Numbered from the stretch's first letter, positions 18,562 through 30,625 are shown. The stretch is 64,000 nucleotides of DNA from [Clostridium] symbiosum (GCA_021769625.1 JAETSN010000009.1:3052-67051), one strand, 5' to 3'. Numbers and translations are program-made. The notes: generated by a model from the letters alone, not told the origin.

Positions 18562-20304
18562 TTATCGTAACAGTTCATCCAGTTCGCTTTCCAGCTCCCC
18601 CACCGGCTTATCCGAGACGATCAGATGCACAAGTATGACACAGCTGTCACTTTGCAGAACGTCCCCCGTCCTCTCCATATACTTATCCGCCTCAAAAACA
18701 TGCCCCGGGGGCACGGAAAGCCTGCCGTCCCCGTAATAATCTGCAAAAAAGATAATATCCTCATTCATCCGGAAGCGATGCTTTATCCACTCTGCCGATG
18801 CCATACTGAAAGAATTCCCGACAGCAGTCGTCTCCGACAGATCCAGCGTAAATGCCTTAAACAGGGAATCGGCACCATCCGATACCGTATCATCCGGTAT
18901 ACTGTAAGAGGCTGTCAACTTTATAAACGCACCTGTCTCCGGGTCCGCCTCCAAAGCCCTTGAAAAAACCGCTTTCCCCTTTTTCCTTCTCCCTTCCTGT
19001 TTCCCCTCCGGATACAGGGACACACAGTCCAGAACTTCTGCCGAGACAAGCTCGCCATATTCGTACTGTTCCATATATAATCCGTAGCTTGCGGTGTCCT
19101 CACTCAGCCGGTAATCTATCTCATAGCTCTCCTGAAGCACCGGTATGCTCCCCTCCTGCCGTCGGACCCGGATCTCCTGCCACTGTCTATCAAGGCTTAC
19201 AAAACCGCTCGTGACACAGGCGCAGATCCCCGCAATGCCCAATACCGCAGCGCCTGCCCCGAGAATGATCCGGCGCTTCCTCCGGGGATCCTCCTCCGTG
19301 ATCCGGCAGAGCCTCTCCTTCAGGCTTCCTGCATTCCCCGACATTGCCGTTGTCATGGCAAGACAGGAGGCCGGCGATCCCTTTATCGGCACAAGCGAAA
19401 GAAGCAGTTCCCCATAGCGTTTCCTGTCTTCCCGCCCCAGATGCCGCACCACCGATTCATCACAGGCCAGTTCACAATCCTGTCTGGAGAGATACGCCGC
19501 CAGCCACACCAGCGGGTGATACCAGTACAGACAGACACAGGCCATCCGCACCAGCCCCCAGATATGATCTCCGTGCCTGTAGTGGCATCTCTCATGCTCC
19601 AGTGCAAAACGCAGGAGTTCCCCATCCTCCGCCAGCCCTGCCGGTATATATATACACCTTCCAAGCAGGCAGGGCGTGGGCAGTCCTTCCACACTGTAGA
19701 CCGCGAAGGAGTCCATGCCTTCCATACGCCGGCTTCTTTCCCCCTCCGACAGCATGATACGTTTTTTCCTCAGAAAACTCTCCAGCCTGAAGTGATATAC
19801 TACCATCAGGAGAGCGCATACGGCGCTTCCGGCTCCCCATATCAGAACGAGCCATACTGGCATCTTTAATACATTTTCTATATACCGCTGCAGATAATAC
19901 CCTGCAATCTGCAGCCAATGCCCCGGGTTCGAGATCCCCCTCTCTCCGATCTCCAGATATTCCGGCGCTGTTCCCGTATCTGTCCCGACCAGCGTCGTTC
20001 CCTCGCCTGCCCCCAGCGGATTCCCGTCTGCATCCTTCTCATCCGCCAGTCCGCTTATCTCTGCTTCTCTCAGTTCCTCCTCGGATAGTTCTTCCATCAG
20101 CAGGCTTTTGTCCTTGCCGTCGGACACAATCCCCAGCACCGAAAACCTGCCCTCGATTGCCGGCACCGGAAAAACGAGAAGCTTTAGCGCCACAAGAAGC
20201 CAGAGGGCATACCGCAATCCGGCGCTGATATATTTTTTGCAGACACACTGCAGAAGTATCATAAAACCCGTAAAAAAAGTAACCGTAAAAAGCAGCTCAA
20301 ACAT
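18562..20304 (-). CDS. BlaR1/MecR1-type M56 metallopeptidase signal transducer
   Basis: HERCH zinc motif, WYHPLVW, QDCELACDE; adjacent to a BlaI-type repressor. Confidence 0.9.
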   Translation of the reverse strand: MFELLFTVTFFTGFMILLQCVCKKYISAGLRYALWLLVALKLLVFPVPAIEGRFSVLGIVSDGKDKSLLMEELSEEELREAEISGLADEKDADGNPLGAGEGTTLVGTDTGTAPEYLEIGERGISNPGHWLQIAGYYLQRYIENVLKMPVWLVLIWGAGSAVCALLMVVYHFRLESFLRKKRIMLSEGERSRRMEGMDSFAVYSVEGLPTPCLLGRCIYIPAGLAEDGELLRFALEHERCHYRHGDHIWGLVRMACVCLYWYHPLVWLAAYLSRQDCELACDESVVRHLGREDRKRYGELLLSLVPIKGSPASCLAMTTAMSGNAGSLKERLCRITEEDPRRKRRIILGAGAAVLGIAGICACVTSGFVSLDRQWQEIRVRRQEGSIPVLQESYEIDYRLSEDTASYGLYMEQYEYGELVSAEVLDCVSLYPEGKQEGRRKKGKAVFSRALEADPETGAFIKLTASYSIPDDTVSDGADSLFKAFTLDLSETTAVGNSFSMASAEWIKHRFRMNEDIIFFADYYGDGRLSVPPGHVFEADKYMERTGDVLQSDSCVILVHLIVSDKPVGELESELDELLR

Positions 20305-20327
20305 AACCCATCCTCCCTGGCTTCGCC

Positions 20328-20711
20328 TTAATCCGCAAGGTCCGTCTCCACCCGCTCCAGAATCTTATGCAGCTCCTCCAGATCCTCTCTGGACAACGCC
20401 CTCTGCTGCACCATCGTATTCAGCATCATGCCCATTTTTCCCTGAAAGACCCTGTCCAGAAAATCTTCCGTTTCCCGCAGAGCCGCCTCCTCTCTTTTCA
20501 GATCAGGATAATACAATCTCGCCTTTTCACCTTCCGCATAATGCAGCGCACCCTTTTCTTCCATCCGCTTCAGAAACGACATCACCGTATGCTTTGTCCA
20601 GCCCGTCTCCGCCTTCAACGCATTGGTGATCTGCATCATCGTCCGGGGCGCCTCCTCCCACAATAAGTTCATGACCTTCCATTCCGCATCCGATAAATTT
20701 ACTTTTTTCAT
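20328..20711 (-). CDS. BlaI/MecI/CopY-family repressor
   Basis: LSDAEWKVMNLLW, WTKHTVMSFLKRMEEKG, FLDRVFQG; start at ATG 20711 (RBS AAAGGAAG). Confidence 0.92.
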   Translation of the reverse strand: MKKVNLSDAEWKVMNLLWEEAPRTMMQITNALKAETGWTKHTVMSFLKRMEEKGALHYAEGEKARLYYPDLKREEAALRETEDFLDRVFQGKMGMMLNTMVQQRALSREDLEELHKILERVETDLAD

Positions 20712-20806
20712 CTTCCTTTTCAGCCTCCCGCCCCACCTGCCATGTACGTACATCCCGTACCCTTTGGCGACAGCTATCTTCATCTGTCTATATGTCATGA
20801 AAACCA

Positions 20807-20868
20807 AAAAGGTTGACAGATGCTTACCTTCTTATTCTACCTCAAAGGTAAGCAACTGTCAACCTTTT
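20807..20868 (-). promoter_or_regulatory. 24-bp inverted repeat containing a consensus sigma-A promoter for blaI-blaR
   Basis: Arms 20807-20830 and 20845-20868 (one mismatch); the minus strand reads TTGACA-17 nt-TAGAAT inside it. Confidence 0.8.
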
Positions 20869-20875
20869 ATCCCCT

Positions 20876-23434
20876 CTACTGCGCCACTCTCATATACGTG
20901 ATAAACCGGTTCCCGTTCTCCTCCAGCATCGCGGTGGCATCATTCATGCCTATTTTATATACCGTCCCGTCCTTCGGATCCATCACGACGATGTTCAGCT
21001 CATTAAACCCGGTGATCAGGAACGCGCTTCCGTCTTCCAGCGTCGTCAGCACCGGAATGTCCTGATTGGTGTAATATAGTATGGCATCCAGCGTACAGCC
21101 CGTCAGATCCAGCACCCGGATATCGGGGATGTTCTGCTGCAGGATCTCCACCGTCGTCATACCGCTGTCCAGCATATACTGCGTACTCCGGTTTACCCCC
21201 TCAAACTCCAGTATGGTGTTCAGACAGACTGCAAGCTGGCTGGTGGTGTCATCCTCCGTCTCGCCGCCCGTGATCTTCATGATCTGGTTTCTTGCCACGC
21301 GATTTCCCCGATACCAGACATAACTCCCCGTATCATCCGTGACTACGCCCGCCGCTTCATACGCCGCGTTGACCGCCATCGCTTCCTCCGTATATACTCC
21401 TGTCAGGCCATGGATCGTGTAGACAAAAAATCTTTTCACGCTTTCTGTCTGCTCCGGCATTTCGATCCGGTTCTCCCCCTCAAACAATACTTCCCTCGGC
21501 GTGAGCAGCTGCAGCGCGTCCGTATTGATATCGCTCTTGACCGCGATCTGCGTCAAAGTCTCCATCACATCCACGACCACTCTCTCCACCAGATTTTTGC
21601 CCACTTCCTCCTTCTTGCTGTACATAATCTGATCGTTCGTCTCTTCCACATAAACAAGTTCTCCGCTTGTCTCATCGACTTCCTTCCCCACCCGGTACAG
21701 CATGATCTGGTTTTCTTCCACACTGCAGGAAGTGACATATATGTCAGGTACTGCATACTCTTTCAGTATATTCTCCCTTTCATCCTGTATCCGAACCGTG
21801 TGCATCGGAAAGAAGATCCTGCCCGAACTGTCCACTGCAACATCCTTCCGGTCCGCGATCCCGTAAATAAGGTCATCGCCCATAAATCCCAGAGGCTGGA
21901 CATATTCACCATTCCCCGCTTCTATCGTTGTGCGTCTTCCGCTCATCAGATTCATAAACTGCATGGACTGTGCCTCATACTGATCTCCCCCCTCTATCCA
22001 CGCCAGCATCTTTCCGTCCTCGGAAACCCGGAAACTGTCCCCATCCAGATTCGCCGCGATCACACGGCATTGTCTTGAAGAGAGATTCATCTCATAGATC
22101 GTGCTGTCCATCATCATATAAAATCTGCTGTTATTCCCCGCAAAAGACAGCTTATTCATATCCTGCTCGAGCAGTCTGGCCGATTTTGTATAAGGGATAA
22201 AAACAAGCTCCTCAATCGTATTCTGGCTGCTGTTGTAGTAACTCACCTGTACGCCGTTTTCCCCCTCATGATGTCCCCTGTTCATATAGCCGTACACAAC
22301 AAACTGCACATTTCCCGCCTCGTCCACATTCAGCACCTTGATCGTGTGCTCATCATAGACCGTTCTCCTGTCATGATTGTCCTCGTCCTGGAAACTGAAT
22401 AAAAGCGCCAGCTTATTGTCCGCCACATTATAGGAAAACAGCCTGTTCCCCACCACAAAAGCAAAAATATTGCCGCCGTCGCACTCCGTCAGCTTTACCT
22501 GATCCGTCCCCTGAATCCCCAGAGATATCTTATTTCCATTATAAATATTTTTCCTCTCGTCAAAAAGCTGGGACATCTCCCGCTCAAAATTAAGCAGGTA
22601 GATCCTGTCGCTCGTGTAACGAATCCTGTAATACTCCGTGACAAGATAGTTCTCCTTCCTGCCCTCGTAAGGGATCTCCACCTCATAGTGCACCTGAAAA
22701 GAAGCCGTCTGGGGCATCATCTCCTTGATATCGACCACCGCCTCCGACACTTCTTCCACGGAAAGATCCCCCCATGTTACCTGATCCCAGCTGCTGTGGA
22801 TATCCACCCTGCCAAAAGAACTATTGTCCCCCTCTTTGTTGGACTCCAGATACATGGCAAGATTTTCCTCCACGTTCGCCTTATCAAACGTATCCCTGTG
22901 GAACTTCCTGACAAACTCCACCTTCTCCCACACATGATACTCTTCCCCCAGCAAAATCCGTGTATAATAACGGACGTCCCGCCCTGAATCAAGGCGCAGG
23001 CAGATGATCAGATTGTACTCTTTCCCCTGTTCCAGCAGATCCTTCACCGCAAAATCCGCATTCAGCAGGCTCTCTGTCTCCTCATAATCCGAAATCTCCG
23101 TCTCCTCGATCAGCCTGCTCCCGTCGCCGCTCCTGACCTGATACGAAACCGAAGCAATGCCTGTCCCAAACTTTTCCACGGTGATCCCAAGCTTCCTGCT
23201 GTTCTCCAACGGTGTGATCGTATCCCGCATATAGGCCGGCTCCATCTCCCCCCTGTACCCGTGCAGACAATTCACCATCTCTCCCGACACATTCATATAG
23301 ACAAGCGGATATGACGCGGCCGGCATCTCCGCCGTCATATCCGTATTCCCCAGATTCATCACCGTCTCAAACAAAAACAGCGCTGCAAACAGCACAACTC
23401 CAAAAAATATCCCCTTTAAAACAGATTTCTTCAT
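20876..23434 (-). CDS. Large membrane-anchored hypothetical protein (852 aa)
   Basis: Long ORF with one N-terminal TM segment and a beta-rich body; no confident family. Confidence 0.85.
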   Translation of the reverse strand: MKKSVLKGIFFGVVLFAALFLFETVMNLGNTDMTAEMPAASYPLVYMNVSGEMVNCLHGYRGEMEPAYMRDTITPLENSRKLGITVEKFGTGIASVSYQVRSGDGSRLIEETEISDYEETESLLNADFAVKDLLEQGKEYNLIICLRLDSGRDVRYYTRILLGEEYHVWEKVEFVRKFHRDTFDKANVEENLAMYLESNKEGDNSSFGRVDIHSSWDQVTWGDLSVEEVSEAVVDIKEMMPQTASFQVHYEVEIPYEGRKENYLVTEYYRIRYTSDRIYLLNFEREMSQLFDERKNIYNGNKISLGIQGTDQVKLTECDGGNIFAFVVGNRLFSYNVADNKLALLFSFQDEDNHDRRTVYDEHTIKVLNVDEAGNVQFVVYGYMNRGHHEGENGVQVSYYNSSQNTIEELVFIPYTKSARLLEQDMNKLSFAGNNSRFYMMMDSTIYEMNLSSRQCRVIAANLDGDSFRVSEDGKMLAWIEGGDQYEAQSMQFMNLMSGRRTTIEAGNGEYVQPLGFMGDDLIYGIADRKDVAVDSSGRIFFPMHTVRIQDERENILKEYAVPDIYVTSCSVEENQIMLYRVGKEVDETSGELVYVEETNDQIMYSKKEEVGKNLVERVVVDVMETLTQIAVKSDINTDALQLLTPREVLFEGENRIEMPEQTESVKRFFVYTIHGLTGVYTEEAMAVNAAYEAAGVVTDDTGSYVWYRGNRVARNQIMKITGGETEDDTTSQLAVCLNTILEFEGVNRSTQYMLDSGMTTVEILQQNIPDIRVLDLTGCTLDAILYYTNQDIPVLTTLEDGSAFLITGFNELNIVVMDPKDGTVYKIGMNDATAMLEENGNRFITYMRVAQ

Positions 23435-23520
23435 CTATACTCCTGACTCTCTATACCTAAACCGCACATTTTCATCTAAAATCTCAACAACATGTCCACC
23501 ACTCAAATAATAGCCACTGC

Positions 23521-23667
23521 CAACCACCAGCCCGGTTCCATAATATTCCTGAAGGAGCCCTTTGAAAAACGTCGGCACTTGGCGAGGTATTTTCGAGCCT
23601 AGTACCGCTACGTTTTTCACAGAGCGCAAGCGTGGCGACGCAGGAATATTATGGAACCGGGCGTCCG
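23521..23667 (-). repeat. Structured intergenic repeat, copy 3 of 4 (most diverged)
   Basis: Perfect 22-bp IR 23530-23551/23641-23662 with a different arm sequence; compensatory change in the inner stem (TGAAAAACGT/ACGTTTTTCA). Confidence 0.9.
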
Positions 23668-23685
23668 AATTTTTCACTATCCATT

Positions 23686-24090
23686 CTACCTGTATTCCCG
23701 CAAAACCTCAACCGGTTTTAACCTCTTTTTGCATGTATGCCGTCTCTTATACACTTCATAATACAACAAAATCTGCACCATCTCCTCTATCCAGGCCCAT
23801 TTTTCCTTTGAAATCTCTTCCTTCTCGTCCGCCGCTTCCCTCTTTAAGATTGCCATAACGCTCTGGCAGAGCTTAAACATCTGCCATCTGCAGGGATACT
23901 CGTCATAGATCAGGCTGCCGTCATAATCTATCTTATCCAATACCGCCGCAATTCTCTTCTGGTATTTTTTTGCATCAGCCGGATAGAGCTGCTGCATATA
24001 TTCCAGATCCTGTATCATGGCTTCCTCCTCCTGCCCGCATAGAGGAAGCGGATAGATCATATAAAAGGGTAAAACATTATCTCTTGACAT
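23686..24090 (-). CDS. Hypothetical protein, possibly sporulation-associated
   Basis: 134-aa ORF with RBS GAGGTG; preceded by an ACA-16 nt-CATATGCT sigma-K-like promoter. Confidence 0.75.
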   Translation of the reverse strand: MSRDNVLPFYMIYPLPLCGQEEEAMIQDLEYMQQLYPADAKKYQKRIAAVLDKIDYDGSLIYDEYPCRWQMFKLCQSVMAILKREAADEKEEISKEKWAWIEEMVQILLYYEVYKRRHTCKKRLKPVEVLREYR

Positions 24091-24148
24091 AACAAAACAC
24101 CTCTGCTGCTTTATTTTAGCATATGCAGCAAAGGTGGCTTTTGTTCTT

Positions 24149-24553
24149 TTACTTTAATACTTCTATTCTTGTAAGCGCACGCCTTAATGCGATCTCCGCT
24201 CTTGCAGTATCCGTTTCAGGCGCCTTTGTACGCAGCCGCTCTTCCGCTCTTTCCTTCGCTTCCTGCGCCCGGGCTTCATCTATCTCTTCCGGCCACTCGA
24301 TGATCTCCGCCAGGATCGTCACCCGATCCTGCAGGATCTCTGCAAAACCTGCGTGGAGCGCGGCTTCCTTCTCCCCGTCTTCCTCCGTGATTGTGAGCAC
24401 TCCCGGTTTGATGATGACTGTCATCGGGATATGGCCCGGCAGTACGCCGATTTCTCCCTCAACAGTATTAAATTCCACCATCTTTACAGGATTCTCATAA
24501 AACATCCTGTCCGGGGTTATAATTTTCAGTGTAAAATCGTTCGTCTCTGCCAT
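24149..24553 (-). CDS. atpC: F1Fo ATP synthase epsilon subunit
   Basis: IITPDRMFY, GEIGVLPGHIP, LHAGFAEI; operon position. Confidence 0.97.
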   Translation of the reverse strand: MAETNDFTLKIITPDRMFYENPVKMVEFNTVEGEIGVLPGHIPMTVIIKPGVLTITEEDGEKEAALHAGFAEILQDRVTILAEIIEWPEEIDEARAQEAKERAEERLRTKAPETDTARAEIALRRALTRIEVLK

Positions 24554-24564
24554 ACGCTCACCCC

Positions 24565-25986
<1,422 letters not shown>

Positions 25987-26874
25987 TTATGAGATCGCTT
26001 CCGCACCGGCAATTATTTCTGTTAATTCCTGTGTAATGGAACCCTGACGGGCCCTGTTATACAGTAACGTCAGGTTACTGATCATTTCCTCAGCATTGCT
26101 TGTTGCCGAATCCATAGCCTGCATTCTGGCACCGTTTTCACTTGCCACAGCTTCCACCAGCGCTCCGTAGATCAGGCTGGTGATATATTTCGGGATCAGA
26201 AGATTCAGCGCTTCCTCATCCTTCGGCTCAAAGTTCATCGGGATGTAAAGTTTTTTCTCCTCATCCTGCACTCCCTTCTCCGCGGACATATCCGGCCCGT
26301 CCGCCCCCGCCTCCACCGGCAGAAGCTTGATCAGCTTCGGAACATGGACCACCGTATTCTTAAAATAGGTATATGCAAGATAGATCTCCCCGATATTGCC
26401 TGCCGCAAACTCGTCCAGAAGTTTGCGGGAAAGCTGCATCGCATCGGCATAGGCGGGTTCCTCGATAATATCCGAGCCGTCCCAGGCGATATGATACCCG
26501 TATCTGCTCAGGGAATCCTTGCCCTTTTTGCCGATGCTGTAGATCTCCAGCTCTTCTTTTTTCAGCTCGCCCCTTGTGATCAGCTTAACGACATTGGAGT
26601 TATAGCCGCCCGCAAGCCCTCTGTTGGAGGTAATGACGATGACTGCTTTTTTCGCCGAATCGCCGGGCTGCAGATAGCGATGCTGCATACCGCTCGTCTT
26701 TTTCAGAATACTGTTCACTGTCTCATACATACAGTCAAAGTAAGTCTTGGACTGCTCGGCACGCTGCTTGGCACGCTGCAGCTTTACAGTGGAAACAAGC
26801 TTCATGGCTTTGGTTATCTGCTGGGTACTCTGGATACTGCCCTTACGTCTTTTTATGTCTCTCATAGAGGCCAT
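25987..26874 (-). CDS. atpG: F1Fo ATP synthase gamma subunit
   Basis: ITKAMKLVS, SNRGLAGGYN, RARQGSITQELTEII; start ATG 26874. Confidence 0.98.
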   Translation of the reverse strand: MASMRDIKRRKGSIQSTQQITKAMKLVSTVKLQRAKQRAEQSKTYFDCMYETVNSILKKTSGMQHRYLQPGDSAKKAVIVITSNRGLAGGYNSNVVKLITRGELKKEELEIYSIGKKGKDSLSRYGYHIAWDGSDIIEEPAYADAMQLSRKLLDEFAAGNIGEIYLAYTYFKNTVVHVPKLIKLLPVEAGADGPDMSAEKGVQDEEKKLYIPMNFEPKDEEALNLLIPKYITSLIYGALVEAVASENGARMQAMDSATSNAEEMISNLTLLYNRARQGSITQELTEIIAGAEAIS

Positions 26875-26903
26875 AACCGTCACCTTTTCCCTCTCTAAGC
26901 CAT

Positions 26904-28409
26904 TTATGCAAATGTTTTCTTAAACTCTTCGATTGCATTTTTCAGCTTCTGTTCCACTTCCTCGGAAATCACCTTTTCATCCGCAATGCTTCCCGGAATC
27001 TCAGGATATTTTGTATCTAAAAATTCAAACAGTTCTTTCTCGAATCTTGTAACGTCGGCAACCGGAATATCCAGCAGGTACTTGTTTGTCACCACATAGA
27101 TGATGATAACCTGGTACTGTACCGGCATCGGCTGGTACTGGGGCTGTTTCAGCACTTCTTTGATTCTTTCACCCTGCGCCAGCTTCTCCTTCGTATCCGC
27201 ATCAAGTTCGGAACCGAACTGGGAGAATGCCGCCAGTTCCCTGTACTGCGCCAGCTCCACACGGATCGGCGCCGCGATCTTCTTCATCGCCTTGATCTGT
27301 GCCGCACCGCCCACACGGGATACGGAAAGGCCGGCGTTTACTGCCGGACGGAAACCGGAATTGAACATCTCCGTTTCCAGGTAGATCTGTCCGTCTGTGA
27401 TGGAGATCACGTTGGTCGGGATATAAGCCGAAACGTCGCCCGCCTGTGTCTCGATGATCGGGAGCGCGGTCAGAGACCCTCCGCCGTACTCGTCGCTCAT
27501 ATGAGCTGCCCTCTCAAGCAGTCTGGAATGCAGGTAGAAAACGTCGCCGGGGTACGCTTCACGCCCGGGGGGCCTTCTCAGCAGCAGAGAGAGTGTACGG
27601 TAAGCCGTCGCATGCTTACTTAAGTCATCATAGATGACAAGTACATCCTCGCCGTTCTCCATCCATTCTTCACCGATCGTACACCCTGCGTAGGGTGCGA
27701 TATACTGCAGGGGCGCCTGCTCGCTGGCCGTGGAAGCCACGACCGTCGTATATGCCATAGCGCCGTACTCCTCCAATGTCTTCACGATGGAAGCCACTGT
27801 GGACGCCTTCTGGCCGATGGCAACGTAAATGCATTTTACGCCCTGCCCTTTCTGATTAATAATCGTATCTACTGCCAGTGCCGTCTTACCTGTCTGACGG
27901 TCACCGATGATCAGCTCACGCTGTCCCCGTCCGATGGGCACCATGGAATCGATCGCCTTGATACCTGTCTGCAGCGGTGTATCAACGGATTTTCTTGTGA
28001 TAACGCCGGATGCCACTCTTTCAATCTGACGGTATTTATCTGTCCGGATAGGTCCCTTTTCATCAATCGGCTGACCAAGAGCATTCACAACACGTCCCAG
28101 CATACAGTCGCCTACCGGCACTTCCACAACCCTGCCGGTGGTCTTAACGGTGTCGCCCTCTTTGATATTCTGGGTGTTTCCGAGAAGCACCGCACCCACA
28201 TTATCCTCTTCCAGGTTCATCACCATGCCGTACACTTCACCGGGGAACTCAAGAAGCTCGCCCTGCATCGCTTTTTCCAGGCCGTGAATACGGGCAATTC
28301 CGTCAGCTACCTGTATCACTGTTCCCACTTCGGATACTTCCAGCTCTGCCGCATATCTCTTAATCTGATCCTTGATGACCGAACTTATCTCTTCTGGTCT
28401 TAAATTCAT
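26904..28409 (-). CDS. atpA: F1Fo ATP synthase alpha subunit
   Basis: [30 protein letters not shown]. Confidence 0.99.
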   Translation of the reverse strand: MNLRPEEISSVIKDQIKRYAAELEVSEVGTVIQVADGIARIHGLEKAMQGELLEFPGEVYGMVMNLEEDNVGAVLLGNTQNIKEGDTVKTTGRVVEVPVGDCMLGRVVNALGQPIDEKGPIRTDKYRQIERVASGVITRKSVDTPLQTGIKAIDSMVPIGRGQRELIIGDRQTGKTALAVDTIINQKGQGVKCIYVAIGQKASTVASIVKTLEEYGAMAYTTVVASTASEQAPLQYIAPYAGCTIGEEWMENGEDVLVIYDDLSKHATAYRTLSLLLRRPPGREAYPGDVFYLHSRLLERAAHMSDEYGGGSLTALPIIETQAGDVSAYIPTNVISITDGQIYLETEMFNSGFRPAVNAGLSVSRVGGAAQIKAMKKIAAPIRVELAQYRELAAFSQFGSELDADTKEKLAQGERIKEVLKQPQYQPMPVQYQVIIIYVVTNKYLLDIPVADVTRFEKELFEFLDTKYPEIPGSIADEKVISEEVEQKLKNAIEEFKKTFA

Positions 28410-28441
28410 GAATCATACGCACCTTTCTTTAAAATTTGAAG

Positions 28442-28993
28442 CTAATTTTGAAGCTGTATTTTCAAAAGCTGCTGCTCTAAATGACTCAGCTTTGTCCGAA
28501 TACTGCTGTCCGCCACCCTGTCGCCTATCCGGATGACCATGCCGCCGATCAGCGACTCATCCTCCTGATAGTGCATTTCCATCTCTTTGAACGCGGTGGT
28601 CTCAAGCAGTTTTGCTTCAACCTGCTTTTTCTGCTCTTCCCGAAGGGGCAGGGCAGATGTCACATACGCGACTCCGATCCCTTTCAGTTTCTTTCCCTCA
28701 TCCAGAAAATACTGCATGATCTCCCGGATCTGGCCGTATCTGTCTTTTTCCACGATCAGCCGCATAAAACCTGTCAGTTCATCGGATACTCTTCCTTTAA
28801 AAACAGTCTCTATCACCTGAAGCTTTTCTTCCTTCATGATCTTCGGATGCTTCATGATATCCGAAAATTTCGGATTTTCCTCCAGCACCTTCAGCACAGC
28901 CTGAATCTCTTCAGTCAGCGCATCCACCCTGTTCTCAGAAACAGCCAGCTCGAAAATCGCTTCACCATAGGTTTTTGAAATCAACTTAGCCAT
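28442..28993 (-). CDS. atpH: F1Fo ATP synthase delta subunit
   Basis: YGEAIFELA, DESLIGGMVIRIGDRV; operon position. Confidence 0.96.
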   Translation of the reverse strand: MAKLISKTYGEAIFELAVSENRVDALTEEIQAVLKVLEENPKFSDIMKHPKIMKEEKLQVIETVFKGRVSDELTGFMRLIVEKDRYGQIREIMQYFLDEGKKLKGIGVAYVTSALPLREEQKKQVEAKLLETTAFKEMEMHYQEDESLIGGMVIRIGDRVADSSIRTKLSHLEQQLLKIQLQN

Positions 28994-29547
28994 GTATTTT
29001 CACCTATTTCTTTCAGAGTTTCTTCCACAAGACTGTCCTGAATGGAAACATCCACCGCGCTTTTTGTGACTTTACCAGCCATCATTGCCGCAATGGAAAT
29101 CATTTCTTTCTTCACATCGTCCGCTGCTTTCCGCTTCTCCAGTTCGGCTTCGTTTCTGGCCTGCCTGATAATGGATGCCGCTTCCTGCTTCGCTTCCGCA
29201 ATAATCCTGTTTTCATTGTCCAGAGCTTTCTTTCTGGCCTGTGTCAGAATGTCTTCCGCTTCTTTATCAATGTTTTTCAGCTTATCTTCATACTCCGCCT
29301 TTAACGCGTCGGCGGATTCCATGCTCTCTTTGGCGTCCTCCAGCTCGCCCTTTATCTTTTCCTGTCTCTTTCTCAGCATATCCCTTGCCGGATTGAACAG
29401 AAAATGGGATGCGATCAAAAACAGCGTAAACACTGCTATGATCATCAAAGCGGCATCCTGCAGGAGCTGGCCTGTCAGATCAAACAGATAGTCAAACCCT
29501 TCCGCGCCCGAAAGCAGTACGAGATTAGCATTCAGTAATGCGTTCAA
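28981..29547 (-). CDS. atpF: F1Fo ATP synthase b subunit
   Basis: TM helix followed by a charged coiled coil (RQEKIKGELEDA); TTG start with RBS GGAGG. Confidence 0.95.
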   Translation of the reverse strand: MNALLNANLVLLSGAEGFDYLFDLTGQLLQDAALMIIAVFTLFLIASHFLFNPARDMLRKRQEKIKGELEDAKESMESADALKAEYEDKLKNIDKEAEDILTQARKKALDNENRIIAEAKQEAASIIRQARNEAELEKRKAADDVKKEMISIAAMMAGKVTKSAVDVSIQDSLVEETLKEIGENTWLS

Positions 29548-29593
29548 CCTGTAAACCTCCTTTCTCTGAATTTACCAATACAGTTTTTGAGGC

Positions 29594-29866
<273 letters not shown>

Positions 29867-29905
29867 TTATTATGGTAATTAATATAAATTAGCATCAGTC
29901 ACCGT

Positions 29906-30625
29906 TTAATCCGTATTGCAGGCATCCGCAATGTATGTCATTGTGAGCATACAGAATACATATGTCTGAATGCAGCCTGAAAACAGATCGAAATATACGT
30001 GCAGCGCTGCCGGCCATATGAGCGCGAACTTTCCGATCAGTCCGTAGATCAGCGCCATCATGACCACGCCCGAGAGCACGTTTGCGAACAGACGCAGAGA
30101 CAAAGAGATAGGCACCGCCACGTCGCCTATGATATTGATAGGCGCCCAGATCGGCCACGGATCGCATAAGCCCTTGATAACGCCTTTTACCTTCTGATGT
30201 TTAAACTTGTTAAACGTTATCAGGGTAAAGGTCATCAGCCCCAGCGCCAGCGTCGTTCCATAATCCGCCGTGGGGGGCCTAAGGCCAAACAGGCCGGAAA
30301 TATTGCTGACAAGAATGAAAATGAAAATCGTACCGATATAATTGCGGAATCCCGGTGCGCTTTTTCCCATGGTAGTATCGATCATGCCATCCAGTTTTTC
30401 CACGATCAGTTCCACCACGTTTTGAAAACCGGTCGGTATTTCTCCGCCCTTTTTTATGGCGCGGTTTGCCGCAAAAATAAACAGCAATATAACCAGAAAC
30501 ACAATGGCTATGCATACATGGGACGTTGTGATCCATAAGGTCTGCCCGAACAGCTCATAGGAAAACACGCCATGTATCATAAAATCAATGTCATCTGCGC
30601 CGGATAATAAAATACCCTGTCCCAT
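29906..30625 (-). CDS. atpB: F1Fo ATP synthase a subunit
   Basis: FQNVVELIVE, LRPPTAD, SLSLRLFANV, FSGCIQTYVF. Confidence 0.97.
   Translation of the reverse strand: MGQGILLSGADDIDFMIHGVFSYELFGQTLWITTSHVCIAIVFLVILLFIFAANRAIKKGGEIPTGFQNVVELIVEKLDGMIDTTMGKSAPGFRNYIGTIFIFILVSNISGLFGLRPPTADYGTTLALGLMTFTLITFNKFKHQKVKGVIKGLCDPWPIWAPINIIGDVAVPISLSLRLFANVLSGVVMMALIYGLIGKFALIWPAALHVYFDLFSGCIQTYVFCMLTMTYIADACNTD

Noticed and set aside
23435-23677. 80-aa minus-strand ORF (MKNSDARFH...)
   Set aside because: It runs through repeat copy 3; the other copies keep no equivalent frame, so it is probably incidental.
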